From Synechococcus sp. A15-28 (GTDB taxonomy: Bacteria; Cyanobacteriota; Cyanobacteriia; PCC-6307; Cyanobiaceae), in contig NZ_CP047931.1 in assembly GCF_014280175.1 (NCBI RefSeq), forward strand, positions 2,040,001-2,072,000: a stretch of DNA of 32,000 nucleotides. The letters run 5' to 3'. Shown in pieces: positions 9,912 through 20,441 of this stretch. The notes beneath the pieces were generated by a model. The model saw only the letters and a program-made list of their open reading frames with translations. It did not search any database and was not told the DNA's origin. The position numbers and the translations under genes were made by a program. Every line of letters starts with the position of its first letter. The first letter of the stretch is position 1.

Positions 9912-10658
9912 ATGACGGCCACGGCACCCTCCAAGGAAACAATCCTCGTGGTCGATGACGAGGCCTCGATCCGGCGGATTCTTGAAACCCGTCTGTCGAT
10001 GATCGGGTACAACGTCGTCACAGCCTGCGACAGTACGGAAGCTCTCGAGCTGTTCGAAAACACCGCTCCGGATCTGGTGGTTCTCGACGTGATGATGCCG
10101 AAGCTGGATGGCTACGGCGTCTGCCAGGAGCTGCGCAAGGAATCGGATGTGCCGATCGTGATGCTGACGGCCCTCGGCGATGTGGCGGACCGCATCACCG
10201 GGCTTGAGCTCGGTGCCGATGACTACGTCGTCAAACCCTTCAGCCCCAAGGAACTGGAAGCGCGCATCCGTTGTGTGCTGCGCCGGGTGGAGAAGGAGCA
10301 GGTTGCTGGCATCCCCAACTCAGGGGTGATTCAGGTCTCGGATCTCCGCATCGACACCAACAAGCGACAAGTGTTCCGGGCCGACGAACGGATCCGCCTC
10401 ACGGGGATGGAGTTCAGCCTGTTGGAACTGCTGGTGAGTCGCTCCGGCGAGCCCTTCAATCGCGGCGAGATCCTCAAGGAAGTCTGGGGCTACACCCCGG
10501 AACGTCACGTGGACACCCGCGTGGTGGATGTTCATATCTCGCGGCTTCGTTCCAAACTGGAGGACGATCCCGCGAACCCCGAGCTGATCCTGACGGCTCG
10601 CGGCACCGGTTATCTGTTCCAGCGCATCATCGACTCCGTTGCCTCCGAAGGACCCTGA
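9912..10658 (+). CDS. rpaB: OmpR/PhoB-family response regulator RpaB (Ycf27)
   Basis: ETILVVDDEASIRRILETRLSMIGYNVVTACD..., VLDVMMPKLDGYGVCQELRKESDVPIVMLTALGD, KEVWGYTPERHVDTRVVDVHISRLRSKLE. Start set at the ATG before TATAPSKE. Confidence 0.93.
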   Translation: MTATAPSKETILVVDDEASIRRILETRLSMIGYNVVTACDSTEALELFENTAPDLVVLDVMMPKLDGYGVCQELRKESDVPIVMLTALGDVADRITGLELGADDYVVKPFSPKELEARIRCVLRRVEKEQVAGIPNSGVIQVSDLRIDTNKRQVFRADERIRLTGMEFSLLELLVSRSGEPFNRGEILKEVWGYTPERHVDTRVVDVHISRLRSKLEDDPANPELILTARGTGYLFQRIIDSVASEGP

Positions 10659-11913
10659 TTCCGCCCGGACCCCAGAGTCCAGGAGCAAGAGCAGCCGACC
10701 CCGGGCGATCCGTCGCCTGGTGATCTGGTATCGGCGTAACGCTGCGGTCACCTCACTGGTGGACACAGCCACCAGCTCCGCCTCAGCAGCGGGGAGCGTG
10801 GCCAACTCCATGCTGCAGCCACTGGTCTTCGACCCCCTGCGCTGGCTTCAGGGCAACACAGACGACGAGGAGATCAACGACGCCGACCGGCTCTGGGTTG
10901 CGGTGGATGGCATGGGCGGAGACCATGCCCCCGGCCCGATCCTGGAGGGCTGTCTGGAGGCCATCGATCGCCTGCCTCTGAAAATCCGCTTTGTCGGTGA
11001 AACCGACAAGGTGCTGGCAGAGGCGGACGCCCTGGGCCTGCATCAGCGACTGGAACGTGCCCAGGCAGCCGATCATCTCGATCTGGTGGCCAGCGGACCG
11101 TCCATCGGCATGGACGATGAAGCCACCGCCGTGCGACGCAAACGCGACGCCAGCATCAACCTGGCGATGGATCTGGTGAAAAAGGGTCAGGCCCTGGCCG
11201 TTTACTCAGCCGGCAACTCCGGCGCAATGATGGCCTCGGCGATTTTCCGGCTCGGCCGGCTGAAGGGAATCGACCGACCTGCCATCGGTGCCCTGTTCCC
11301 CACCAAAGACCCTGGCAAGCCGGTGCTGGTGCTGGATGTGGGCGCCAACATGGATTGCAAACCGGTGTATCTGCACCAGTTCGCCCTGCTGGGCAACATC
11401 TACAGCCGGGATGTGCTCCAGGTGAAGCAACCGCGGATCGGGCTTCTGAACATCGGTGAGGAGGAGTGCAAGGGCAACGATCTGGCCCTCAAAACCCATG
11501 AGCTGCTGCGTAATGAGGCTCGCCTGCGCTTCACCGGCAACTGTGAGGGCAGAGATGTGCTCTCCGGTGAATTCGATGTCGTCGTCTGCGACGGTTTCAC
11601 CGGCAACGTCCTGCTGAAATTCCTGGAATCAGTGGGCAGCGTGCTGTTGGGGGTGCTGCGGGCCGAATTGCCCCGTGGCCGGAGGGGCAAGGTGGGATCA
11701 GCCTTCCTGCGCAGCAACCTGCGCCGGATCAAGAAACGGCTGGACCACGCCGAACATGGCGGTGCACTGCTGCTGGGGGTCAACGGCGTGGCGGTAATCG
11801 GCCATGGCAGCAGCAAGGCCCTATCGGTGGTGAGTGCCCTGCGCATCGCCCATTCCGCCGCCAGCCATGGCGTGATGGAGGACCTTGCCGCGCTGCAGAG
11901 CGGCTGTGATTGA
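10639..11913 (+). CDS. plsX: Phosphate acyltransferase PlsX (start codon uncertain)
   Basis: VAVDGMGGDHAPGPILEG..., NIGEEECKGNDLALKTHELL, DGFTGNVLLKF. About 90 residues precede the catalytic domain in this ORF. Confidence 0.92.
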   Translation: MPPKDPDSARTPESRSKSSRPRAIRRLVIWYRRNAAVTSLVDTATSSASAAGSVANSMLQPLVFDPLRWLQGNTDDEEINDADRLWVAVDGMGGDHAPGPILEGCLEAIDRLPLKIRFVGETDKVLAEADALGLHQRLERAQAADHLDLVASGPSIGMDDEATAVRRKRDASINLAMDLVKKGQALAVYSAGNSGAMMASAIFRLGRLKGIDRPAIGALFPTKDPGKPVLVLDVGANMDCKPVYLHQFALLGNIYSRDVLQVKQPRIGLLNIGEEECKGNDLALKTHELLRNEARLRFTGNCEGRDVLSGEFDVVVCDGFTGNVLLKFLESVGSVLLGVLRAELPRGRRGKVGSAFLRSNLRRIKKRLDHAEHGGALLLGVNGVAVIGHGSSKALSVVSALRIAHSAASHGVMEDLAALQSGCD

Positions 11914-12956
11914 CTGACGCCACGCGTATTCACCCCGCTTTGGTCGAGCAGTTCCACAGGACCGGCGGTGTGGTGTTCCGAGGCAGTGGCAGCGCCACCC
12001 CTCAGCGCTCCATCAGCAACACCGAGCTGGGGCAACGGGTGGAAACCAGCGATGACTGGATCCGCAGTCGCACAGGAATCGCAGCCCGACGGGTCATCGG
12101 GGCGGACGAAAGTCTGAGCGAACTCAACGCACGAGCGGCGGAACGCGCTCTGGCCATGGCGGGATGGTCGGCGGAGACCCTGGATCTGATCCTGCTGGCC
12201 ACCTCCACACCCGACGATCTGTTCGGCTCTGCACCGCGGCTGCAGGCCCGCATCGGGGCCGTCAACGCAGCAGCCTTCGATCTCACCGCCGCCTGCAGCG
12301 GTTTTCTGTTCGCTGTCGTCACCGCAGCCCAGTACCTGCGCAGTGGGGCGATGCAACGGATCCTGGTGGTGGGGGCCGACCAGCTCAGCCGCTGGGTCGA
12401 CTGGGACGACCGTCGGTCCTGCGTGCTGTTCGGAGATGCCGCCGGCGCCGTGGTGATGGAAGCCTCGAAGGAGCAGGACGACCTCCAGGGGTTCCTGCTG
12501 CGCTCCGATGGAGGCCGTGGTGCGGTGTTGCAGCTGCCCCAGAGCAGCGAACGAGCTCCTCTGGTGGGCGATGCCAGCCATCAAAGGGGCGGCTTTGAGC
12601 CAATTCAGATGAACGGCCAGGAGGTCTACAAGTTCGCTGTGCGCGAGGTGCCGGCGATCCTGGAGACGCTGCTCCAGAAAACAGAGACCCACCCGGATTC
12701 CCTCGACTGGCTGTTGTTGCACCAGGCCAACCAACGCATCCTCGATGCCGTGGCGGAGCGCTTCTCGATTCCGAACGAGAAAGTCCTGAGCAACCTGGCC
12801 CACTACGGCAACACCTCAGCCGCCACCATCCCTCTGATGCTGGATGAAGCGGTGCGGGATGGACGCATCCAAGCGGGACATCGCATCGCCAGCAGCGGCT
12901 TCGGTGCGGGACTGAGCTGGGGTGCAGCCCTGCTGCACTGGAGCGGGCCCGCGTAA
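11910..12956 (+). CDS. fabH: 3-oxoacyl-ACP synthase III
   Basis: TSDDWIRSRTGIAARR, active-site ACSGF, HQANQRI, GNTSAATIPL. TTG start overlaps the plsX stop. Confidence 0.95.
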   Translation: MTDATRIHPALVEQFHRTGGVVFRGSGSATPQRSISNTELGQRVETSDDWIRSRTGIAARRVIGADESLSELNARAAERALAMAGWSAETLDLILLATSTPDDLFGSAPRLQARIGAVNAAAFDLTAACSGFLFAVVTAAQYLRSGAMQRILVVGADQLSRWVDWDDRRSCVLFGDAAGAVVMEASKEQDDLQGFLLRSDGGRGAVLQLPQSSERAPLVGDASHQRGGFEPIQMNGQEVYKFAVREVPAILETLLQKTETHPDSLDWLLLHQANQRILDAVAERFSIPNEKVLSNLAHYGNTSAATIPLMLDEAVRDGRIQAGHRIASSGFGAGLSWGAALLHWSGPA

Positions 12957-12984
12957 TCTCCCCGCACAACGGTGCGGACACGTC

Positions 12985-13881
12985 ATGGCGATCGCCTGGG
13001 TTTTTCCCGGCCAGGGCTCACAGAAAGTGGGCATGGCGGATCCCGTGCTCAGCCTCAACGGCGCCAGCCAGCGCTTCGCCATGGCGTCCGAATTGCTGGG
13101 CCGTGACCTCCTGGCGATCTGCCAGGGCAACAGCGGCGGCGGCAGCGGCCCCGACGACCTCAACGACACCCGCAACACCCAACCGGCCCTGTTTGTGGTG
13201 GAGTCCCTGCTGGTGGACAACCTGATCGAACAGGGGCGCGACGCCGCCCTGGTGGCTGGCCACAGCCTTGGGGAACTGGTGGCTCTCTATGCCGCTGGTG
13301 TGTTTGATCTGGAGACGGGGCTCAAGCTGATGCAGACCCGATCCGAGCTGATGGCGGCCGCCGGTGGCGGCGCGATGACCGCCGTGATCGGCTTCGACCG
13401 CAGCCAGCTCGAAGCGCTGGTGAACGACACCGAAGGGGTGAGCATCGCCAACGACAACAGCGACGCCCAGGTGGTGATCTCGGGGCAGCCTGATGCGGTG
13501 CAGACCGTGAGCACCAACCTCAAGTGCAAACGCGCCATCCCTCTGGCGGTGTCCGGGGCCTTTCACTCCCCCTTCATGGCCGAGGCGGCTGAAGCCTTCG
13601 CCAGCACGCTGGATGGCGTCAGCTTCCAGGATGCTCGGATCCCGGTGCTGAGCAACAGCGATCCCACCGGCTGCACCGAGGCAGCCAGCCTCAAGCAACG
13701 GTTGAAACAACAGATGACCACCGGCGTCCGCTGGCGGGAGACCATGGCCTCCATGGCGGAAGGTGGCATCGACACCTTGGTGGAGATCGGGCCGGGGAAC
13801 GTGCTCAGCGGCCTGGCCAAACGCAGCATGACCGGCGTGACCACGGCACAGATCGCCAGTTCGGGCGATCTCGGCCAGTGA
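12985..13881 (+). CDS. fabD: Malonyl-CoA:ACP transacylase
   Basis: MAIAWVFPGQGSQKVGM..., active site GHSLGEL, AFHSPFM. Confidence 0.95.
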   Translation: MAIAWVFPGQGSQKVGMADPVLSLNGASQRFAMASELLGRDLLAICQGNSGGGSGPDDLNDTRNTQPALFVVESLLVDNLIEQGRDAALVAGHSLGELVALYAAGVFDLETGLKLMQTRSELMAAAGGGAMTAVIGFDRSQLEALVNDTEGVSIANDNSDAQVVISGQPDAVQTVSTNLKCKRAIPLAVSGAFHSPFMAEAAEAFASTLDGVSFQDARIPVLSNSDPTGCTEAASLKQRLKQQMTTGVRWRETMASMAEGGIDTLVEIGPGNVLSGLAKRSMTGVTTAQIASSGDLGQ

Positions 13882-14531
13882 GCAGCGCACCACTGGCTCT
13901 AGCTCCAAAACCCAGCCTCGCTTACCGCCTGGTGAGTGGGTTGCTGGTGTTTCCACTCTTCCGGGGACTGTTTCGGGGCTCCACCCGCGGCCTGCAGCAC
14001 GTGCCGAAGCAGGGGGCATTGGTGGTGGTGTCCAACCACGGCTCCCATTTGGATCCCCCGCTGCTCGGTCACGCCCTGGGGCGGCCGGTGGCGTTCATGG
14101 CCAAGGCGGAACTGTTCGCCGTACCGCTGCTGGGGGCTGTGATCCGCGCCTGTGGCGCCTATCCGGTCCGTCGGGGTGCCAGTGACCGAGAAGCCATCCG
14201 CACGGCCACAGCACGCTTGATGGAGGGTTGGGCTACGGGGGTGTTTCTGGATGGCACCCGCCAGCCGGACGGTCGCGTCAATGCTCCACAACCTGGAGCC
14301 GCGCTGCTGGCTGCCCGCAGCGGAGCACCTCTGCTGCCGGTGGCGATCCTCAACAGCCATCGCGCCCTTGGAACCGGCCAGGTTCTGCCCCGGTTGGTTC
14401 CTCTTCAACTGCGGGTGGGTGAGCCCGTGCCGGCTCCGGCGAGTCGCCGTCGCGCCGACCTCGATGCCACCACAGCCCTTCTTCAGGAGCGGATCAACGC
14501 TCTGTTGGAGCAGGATCCGCAGTATCCCTGA
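13878..14531 (+). CDS. plsC: 1-acyl-sn-glycerol-3-phosphate acyltransferase
   Basis: VVVSNHGSHLDPPLLG (HX4D motif) and VFLDGTRQPDGR; GTGA overlap with fabD. Confidence 0.88.
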   Translation: MSSAPLALAPKPSLAYRLVSGLLVFPLFRGLFRGSTRGLQHVPKQGALVVVSNHGSHLDPPLLGHALGRPVAFMAKAELFAVPLLGAVIRACGAYPVRRGASDREAIRTATARLMEGWATGVFLDGTRQPDGRVNAPQPGAALLAARSGAPLLPVAILNSHRALGTGQVLPRLVPLQLRVGEPVPAPASRRRADLDATTALLQERINALLEQDPQYP

Positions 14532-15069
14532 GGTCCCGGCCGGTCACCACCCAGCCCACGGCACGTAGCCAGTCTCTCCAACGCCTGACGGCACCCTCGT
14601 CACGGCAATTTGGTTCACACGCCACCGGCACGCCCGTGATCTGAATGCCACGGCTGCCGGCCACCACCTGGCCCACAGCAAGGGAGCGTTGCAGATGATC
14701 GGCGCTCGTCACGACGACAACATGGCGGACGCCCTGGGACGCCAGGTCATCCACGACGGACGTGAAATTGCTCAAGGTGTCGCGGGCCCTGTAATCCAGC
14801 TGCACTTGATCGGTCGTCAGCCCTTCCTCCTGAACCAACCAGCTGGCGTATTCAGGATTGCTGCCGCCACTCACCAGCAATGGCAGATCCAGTTGCCGTG
14901 CCAGCCGCGCCCCCACCCGTTCGCGATCGACATCTCCTCCCAACACCAGCACCAGCTCAGGCGGTGTGGTGTCCAGCAAAGCCCGGCGGTAGGGCGCCAG
15001 GGGCCCTTGAGCCACCAGCCACGTCAGCAATCCTGCGCTGAGCAGAACACCCGCCCGGATCCCGGCCAT
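14494..15069 (-). CDS. YdcF/DUF218-family protein with N-terminal hydrophobic segment
   Basis: VLVLGGDVDRERVGARLARQLDLPLLVSGG..., RDTLSNFTSVVDDL, VVVVTSADHLQRS. Confidence 0.8.
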   Translation of the reverse strand: MAGIRAGVLLSAGLLTWLVAQGPLAPYRRALLDTTPPELVLVLGGDVDRERVGARLARQLDLPLLVSGGSNPEYASWLVQEEGLTTDQVQLDYRARDTLSNFTSVVDDLASQGVRHVVVVTSADHLQRSLAVGQVVAGSRGIQITGVPVACEPNCRDEGAVRRWRDWLRAVGWVVTGRDLRDTADPAPTER

Positions 15070-15674
15070 CAGACCGGCCCCACCGGAGAGGTCGGGTAGA
15101 TGGGGAGGACGGGTTGCCAGGGGAGCGACTCATCCCGCTGAAGGGACCGCTGGAGGCGCCCCAGCAACGCCGCCACGTCGACGTCCACATCCACCTCTGC
15201 CTCGACGGCAGGACTCACCTGCTGATCCGCCTCCAGTAAACGCGGAGCCTGCAGCTCCTCCACCACAGCGTCCCTCACGCGGTACTGCCCGGCGACCACC
15301 CCCCGGCGAAGCAGCGGCTTGGTGATCCAGAACGGCTGCTCATCGGTCGCCAGACGCTGGGCCATCAGGGCGAAGCTGCTCACACCCAGCAATGGACAGC
15401 CAAGCTGCTGGGCCAGGGTGCGTGCCATCACTACCGAAAGGCGCGTGCCGGTGAATCCCCCTGGTCCGGTGGCCACAGCCAGTCCTTTGAACTCACGCCA
15501 GCGGCCATGGGGCACCAGGCTCGCGACCCGCTCAATCAGGCTGTTGGAAAGGCCTCGACCGTCATCGAACCCCATCACCCGCGGGCGGCCCTGGTCGACC
15601 AGGGGATCCTGAACTGCCACGCCGAAACGTTCGGTGCAGCTGTGCAGCGCCAGCAGCAGAGGGGAATCAGTCAT
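15069..15674 (-). CDS. tsaB: tRNA threonylcarbamoyladenosine biosynthesis protein TsaB
   Basis: LLALHSCTERFGVAVQD..., LKGLAVATGPGGFTGTRLSVVMARTLAQQL-like segment (FKGLAVATGPGGFTGTRLSV). Start ATG overlaps the ycf34 stop. Confidence 0.9.
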   Translation of the reverse strand: MTDSPLLLALHSCTERFGVAVQDPLVDQGRPRVMGFDDGRGLSNSLIERVASLVPHGRWREFKGLAVATGPGGFTGTRLSVVMARTLAQQLGCPLLGVSSFALMAQRLATDEQPFWITKPLLRRGVVAGQYRVRDAVVEELQAPRLLEADQQVSPAVEAEVDVDVDVAALLGRLQRSLQRDESLPWQPVLPIYPTSPVGPV

Positions 15675-15925
15675 CACTGCGGGACGGCTTCTCCAGGGCG
15701 CAGTCGGCTCCAGCGTCCGGGGTCGGACGCAAAGCTGGAGCAGGCCCGAACATCCCATTCAATGCCCGCACCACCACCGGGCAGATCCATGACGGAGACA
15801 TGAATTCTCGGGGAGCGGGGCTCAAAATCCGGAACCTCGCTGAGGTGATCCACCCCATGCTGACGCTCAACTGCGTGATAGGCCTGGCAGCGGTCGACCC
15901 AGCGGCAATCCACACAGATGCACAT
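15674..15925 (-). CDS. ycf34: Ycf34 family protein
   Basis: MCICVDCRWVDRCQAYHAVERQHG...; 83 aa with the Cys/His-rich N-terminus typical of Ycf34. Start at the Met internal to the longer ORF ending at 16207. Confidence 0.88.
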   Translation of the reverse strand: MCICVDCRWVDRCQAYHAVERQHGVDHLSEVPDFEPRSPRIHVSVMDLPGGGAGIEWDVRACSSFASDPGRWSRLRPGEAVPQ

Positions 15926-17108
15926 GCCCTCCGAACCTGCGGCTGACTCCATTTTGGAGCGCCTGGCACCCCAGCGCTGGCCCCTGCCGCTGGATCGACT
16001 CCCAAAGGAGACAGCCCTGGTGGGGGGAGCTGTTCGTGATGCATTGCTGGATCGACTCAAGCCACAACCCGATCTCGATCTTGTGGTCCCAAGCGGTGCC
16101 CTCGCCCTGACGCGAAGCCTGGCCAAGGGCCTCGGAGGCAGATGCGTGGTGCTGGACGAGGAGCGGGATATGGCTCGCCTGGTGCTGGGGGAATGGACCG
16201 TGGACATCGCCCGGCGGGATGGCCCGACCCTCGAGGCGGATCTGGAACGACGGGACTACCGCCTCAACGCCATCGCCCTGCCGTTGCACAGGCCTGAGCA
16301 ACTGATCGATCCCACCGGCGGTCTGGAGGACCTGCAACAGCGACGGCTGACGGCCGTGCGCGAATCCAACCTCACCGACGATCCGCTGCGGCTGTTGCGG
16401 GGCCTGCGGTTGATGGCTGAGATCCCCCTCACCCTCGACTCCATCACCGCCGACTGGATGGAGCGCCACCGGCAACAACTGGTCCGTGCCGCACCGGAAC
16501 GGATCCTGGCGGAACTGCAGAAACTGGTGGCAGGTCCGCTGGCCGATCAGGCCCTTGTGCAGCTCACTCGGCTCAAGCTGGTCGAACCCTGGTCAGCGGG
16601 TCAGCCCCTGCCGACGGCGCACCACGCAGCTCAGCTCACAGCCGACGAACGGGAGCGGGCCTTGCCCCTGGCCCGCCTGACCGCCCTCATCAGTGACCAG
16701 GGGCTGGAGCAGCTGAAGGCCAGTCGAGCCCTGCGCCAGCGGTGCCGGCGACTGCGCCAGTGGCAGCACCAGCTGCCGCCGGATCCCGCAACGCTTGCCG
16801 AAGCGCAGCGGGTGCAACTGCATCTGGATCTCGATCGGGATCTACCCGCACTGGCCCTTCAGCTCGACCCAACCCGTCAGAGCAGCTGGCTGCAGCGCTG
16901 GCGCGACCCTAAGGACCCGCTGTTCCATCCGGCCACCCCTGTGGATGGATCCACGCTGCAGCGCGAATTCAACCTCGCTCCAGGCCCCGGGATCGGGGCA
17001 CTGCTGATGCATCTGCGTCAGGAAAGGGCTTTTGGACGCCTGATTGGCCGCGACGATGCACTCGAGGAAGCGCACCGTTGGATCAAACGAAATCGGGACG
17101 CACTGTGA
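15924..17108 (+). CDS. cca: CCA tRNA nucleotidyltransferase/poly(A) polymerase family
   Basis: ALVGGAVRDALLDRLKPQPDLDLVV, RRDYRLNAIALPL, DDPLRLLRGLRLMAEI. Start could be ATG 15918, ATG 15924 or TTG 15954. Confidence 0.88.
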   Translation: MPSEPAADSILERLAPQRWPLPLDRLPKETALVGGAVRDALLDRLKPQPDLDLVVPSGALALTRSLAKGLGGRCVVLDEERDMARLVLGEWTVDIARRDGPTLEADLERRDYRLNAIALPLHRPEQLIDPTGGLEDLQQRRLTAVRESNLTDDPLRLLRGLRLMAEIPLTLDSITADWMERHRQQLVRAAPERILAELQKLVAGPLADQALVQLTRLKLVEPWSAGQPLPTAHHAAQLTADERERALPLARLTALISDQGLEQLKASRALRQRCRRLRQWQHQLPPDPATLAEAQRVQLHLDLDRDLPALALQLDPTRQSSWLQRWRDPKDPLFHPATPVDGSTLQREFNLAPGPGIGALLMHLRQERAFGRLIGRDDALEEAHRWIKRNRDAL

Positions 17109-17169
17109 TTAACTTTGCAGGTGTCAACGATGACGGTCCGACACCGACGATTCGCATTTCCCTTCCTTC

Positions 17170-17601
17170 ATGAGCATCCGCCTGTACATCGGCAACCTGC
17201 CGCAGACCTTTGACGAACAGGAGCTGGCTGCTCTGCTTAAGAGTGTTGGAGAGGGAATCCGGTTCAAGTCAGTTCTCGACCGCGAAACCGGCGCATCACG
17301 CGGTTTCGGCTTCGCCAATGTCGACGACGAAAAAGTGGCCGATGCTGTGATCGAACAGCTGAACGGCAAGGAGTTCGGCGGCAGCGCCCTTCGCGTCGAG
17401 CGCTCTGAGCGCCGTGAGAACGGCGGTGGTAATCGCCGTGGCCCCAACGGTGGCGGCAATGGTCAGCCCCAGGTGGCACGCAAGGCCGTCAACAAGGTCG
17501 TGCACAGTGACGCCCCTGGAGAGGGTGCTCCTGACCCCCGTTGGGCCGGCGAGTTGTCCAAACTGAAGGATCTTCTTGCCAACCAGAAAACAGCTGTCTG
17601 A
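17170..17601 (+). CDS. RRM-domain RNA-binding protein (cyanobacterial Rbp type)
   Basis: MSIRLYIGNLPQTFDEQELAAL (RNP2) and GASRGFGFANV (RNP1), with a Gly/Asn/Arg-rich linker. Confidence 0.93.
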   Translation: MSIRLYIGNLPQTFDEQELAALLKSVGEGIRFKSVLDRETGASRGFGFANVDDEKVADAVIEQLNGKEFGGSALRVERSERRENGGGNRRGPNGGGNGQPQVARKAVNKVVHSDAPGEGAPDPRWAGELSKLKDLLANQKTAV

Positions 17602-17636
17602 CAGGTCCCGACCTGAAAATCAAACGCTTGCATCTA

Positions 17637-17666
17637 CCCCGGAGAGTGCCATCTCCGGGGTTTTTT
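17637..17666 (+). terminator. Rho-independent terminator after the RRM gene
   Basis: CCCCGGAGA-gtgcca-TCTCCGGGG followed by TTTTTT. Confidence 0.9.
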
Positions 17667-17676
17667 GATGGGCCGA

Positions 17677-18585
17677 TCAGCGTGCCTGGGCCAGAACGAA
17701 AGAGCGCGGCAGATCCAGCAGCTTGCTGATCTTGCCCACATAGGCACGGTTGTTGAACACGTCGTAATCAACCCGTTCAATGGCATCGAGGATGCCTCTG
17801 TACAGCCGAAGCGACGTCCATACAGGCCAGCGCGCGTCGCGGGAGAGCCAGCGCACACCCGCTTCTGATCGCGCGAACCAGTCCCTGGCCCGCTGCAGTT
17901 GGAATTGCATCAGCTCAGACCAGGCGCTGTTGAGCCGTCCGGCCATCAGATCCTCTTCCGAGTAACCGAAGCGCTCGAGATCCTCGAGCGGCAGATAAAT
18001 GCGTCCCCGGCCTCGGTCTTCTCCCACATCGCGAAGGATGTTGGTGAGCTGATTGGCGATGCCGAGAGCCACCGCCGCATCGGAGGTGTCCGGCCGGTCA
18101 CTCCATGGGGCTGAGGTATAGGCACCATCAACCCCCATCACCCCCTGGGTCATCAGGCCGACGGTTCCAGCAACCCGATAGCAGTACAGCTTGAGATCCT
18201 CGAAGCGTGGATAACGCGTCCAGGTCAGATCCATCCTCTGCCCCTCAATCATATCGAGGTAGGGCTGAATGTCCTGGGGAAAGCGCTCGAGGGTGTGCAC
18301 CATCACGGCGTCGAGATCATCCTCGATCGTGCCCTTGAACAGCGCTCGCGTTTTGTCCTCCCAGCGATCCAGACGCTCTGCCAGTTCCTCAACGGGTCTG
18401 GCTTGGGCCTCAGGGCTGTCCATCAGCTCGTCGGTGCGGCGGCACCAGACATAGATGGCCCAGATGGCACGACGCTTCTCCTGGGGCAGCAGAAGCGTCC
18501 CCAGGTAAAAGGTCTTGGCCCACTCGGCGGTCTCGCGACGGCAGGCCTCAAAGGCTGCGTCGAGATCCGGGGCTGCGAGGGGCAT
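17677..18585 (-). CDS. crtB: Phytoene synthase
   Basis: KTFYLGTLLLPQEKRRAIWAIYVWCRRTDELMD, LGIANQLTNILRDVGEDRGRGRIYLP. Confidence 0.96.
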   Translation of the reverse strand: MPLAAPDLDAAFEACRRETAEWAKTFYLGTLLLPQEKRRAIWAIYVWCRRTDELMDSPEAQARPVEELAERLDRWEDKTRALFKGTIEDDLDAVMVHTLERFPQDIQPYLDMIEGQRMDLTWTRYPRFEDLKLYCYRVAGTVGLMTQGVMGVDGAYTSAPWSDRPDTSDAAVALGIANQLTNILRDVGEDRGRGRIYLPLEDLERFGYSEEDLMAGRLNSAWSELMQFQLQRARDWFARSEAGVRWLSRDARWPVWTSLRLYRGILDAIERVDYDVFNNRAYVGKISKLLDLPRSFVLAQAR

Positions 18586-18588
18586 GAC

Positions 18589-20034
<1,446 letters not shown>

Positions 20035-20093
20035 TTAAAAGGGCCCGATCCCCTTTCGCTTCTTAGAGTCCCTGCACGACCGCAGTGCGCGCC

Positions 20094-20441
20094 ATGGCTG
20101 ACACCCTGCTGAAATGCACCACCCGCCATGTGCGCCTGTTCACGGCTCGGGTGGAGAACGACGATCTTGTTCCTTCCGGGGATGAATTGACCCTGGATCT
20201 CGATCCGGACAACGAGTTCCTCTGGCCCGACGCTGTGGTCACCAAGGTGCAACAGCGCTTTCAGCAACTGGTGGAAGCCGGCGCCGGTGGCGAACTCAGT
20301 GATTACAGCCTCAGGCGGATCGGAACAGACCTTGAGGGCTACATCCGCCAGCTGCTGCAGGCCGGAGAACTCAGCTACAACCCAGATGGGAGGGTTCAGA
20401 ACTTCTCCATGGGCCTGCCCCGCACACCAGATCTGCTGTGA
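20094..20441 (+). CDS. ndhM: NAD(P)H-quinone oxidoreductase subunit M
   Basis: [42 protein letters not shown]...[25 protein letters not shown]. Confidence 0.93.
   Translation: MADTLLKCTTRHVRLFTARVENDDLVPSGDELTLDLDPDNEFLWPDAVVTKVQQRFQQLVEAGAGGELSDYSLRRIGTDLEGYIRQLLQAGELSYNPDGRVQNFSMGLPRTPDLL

Noticed and set aside
11400-12803. Minus-strand 467-aa ORF spanning plsX and fabH
   Set aside because: Antisense shadow of two clearly conserved genes. Its length is explained by high GC at codon position 3 suppressing stops.
13018-14019. Minus-strand 333-aa ORF over fabD/plsC
   Set aside because: Antisense shadow frame with low-complexity Gly/His/Val composition, opposite conserved fabD.
20038-20056. 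AAAGGG-N7-CCCTTT in the crtP/ndhM spacer
   Set aside because: Six-bp stem with no supporting context; expected by chance at this level.
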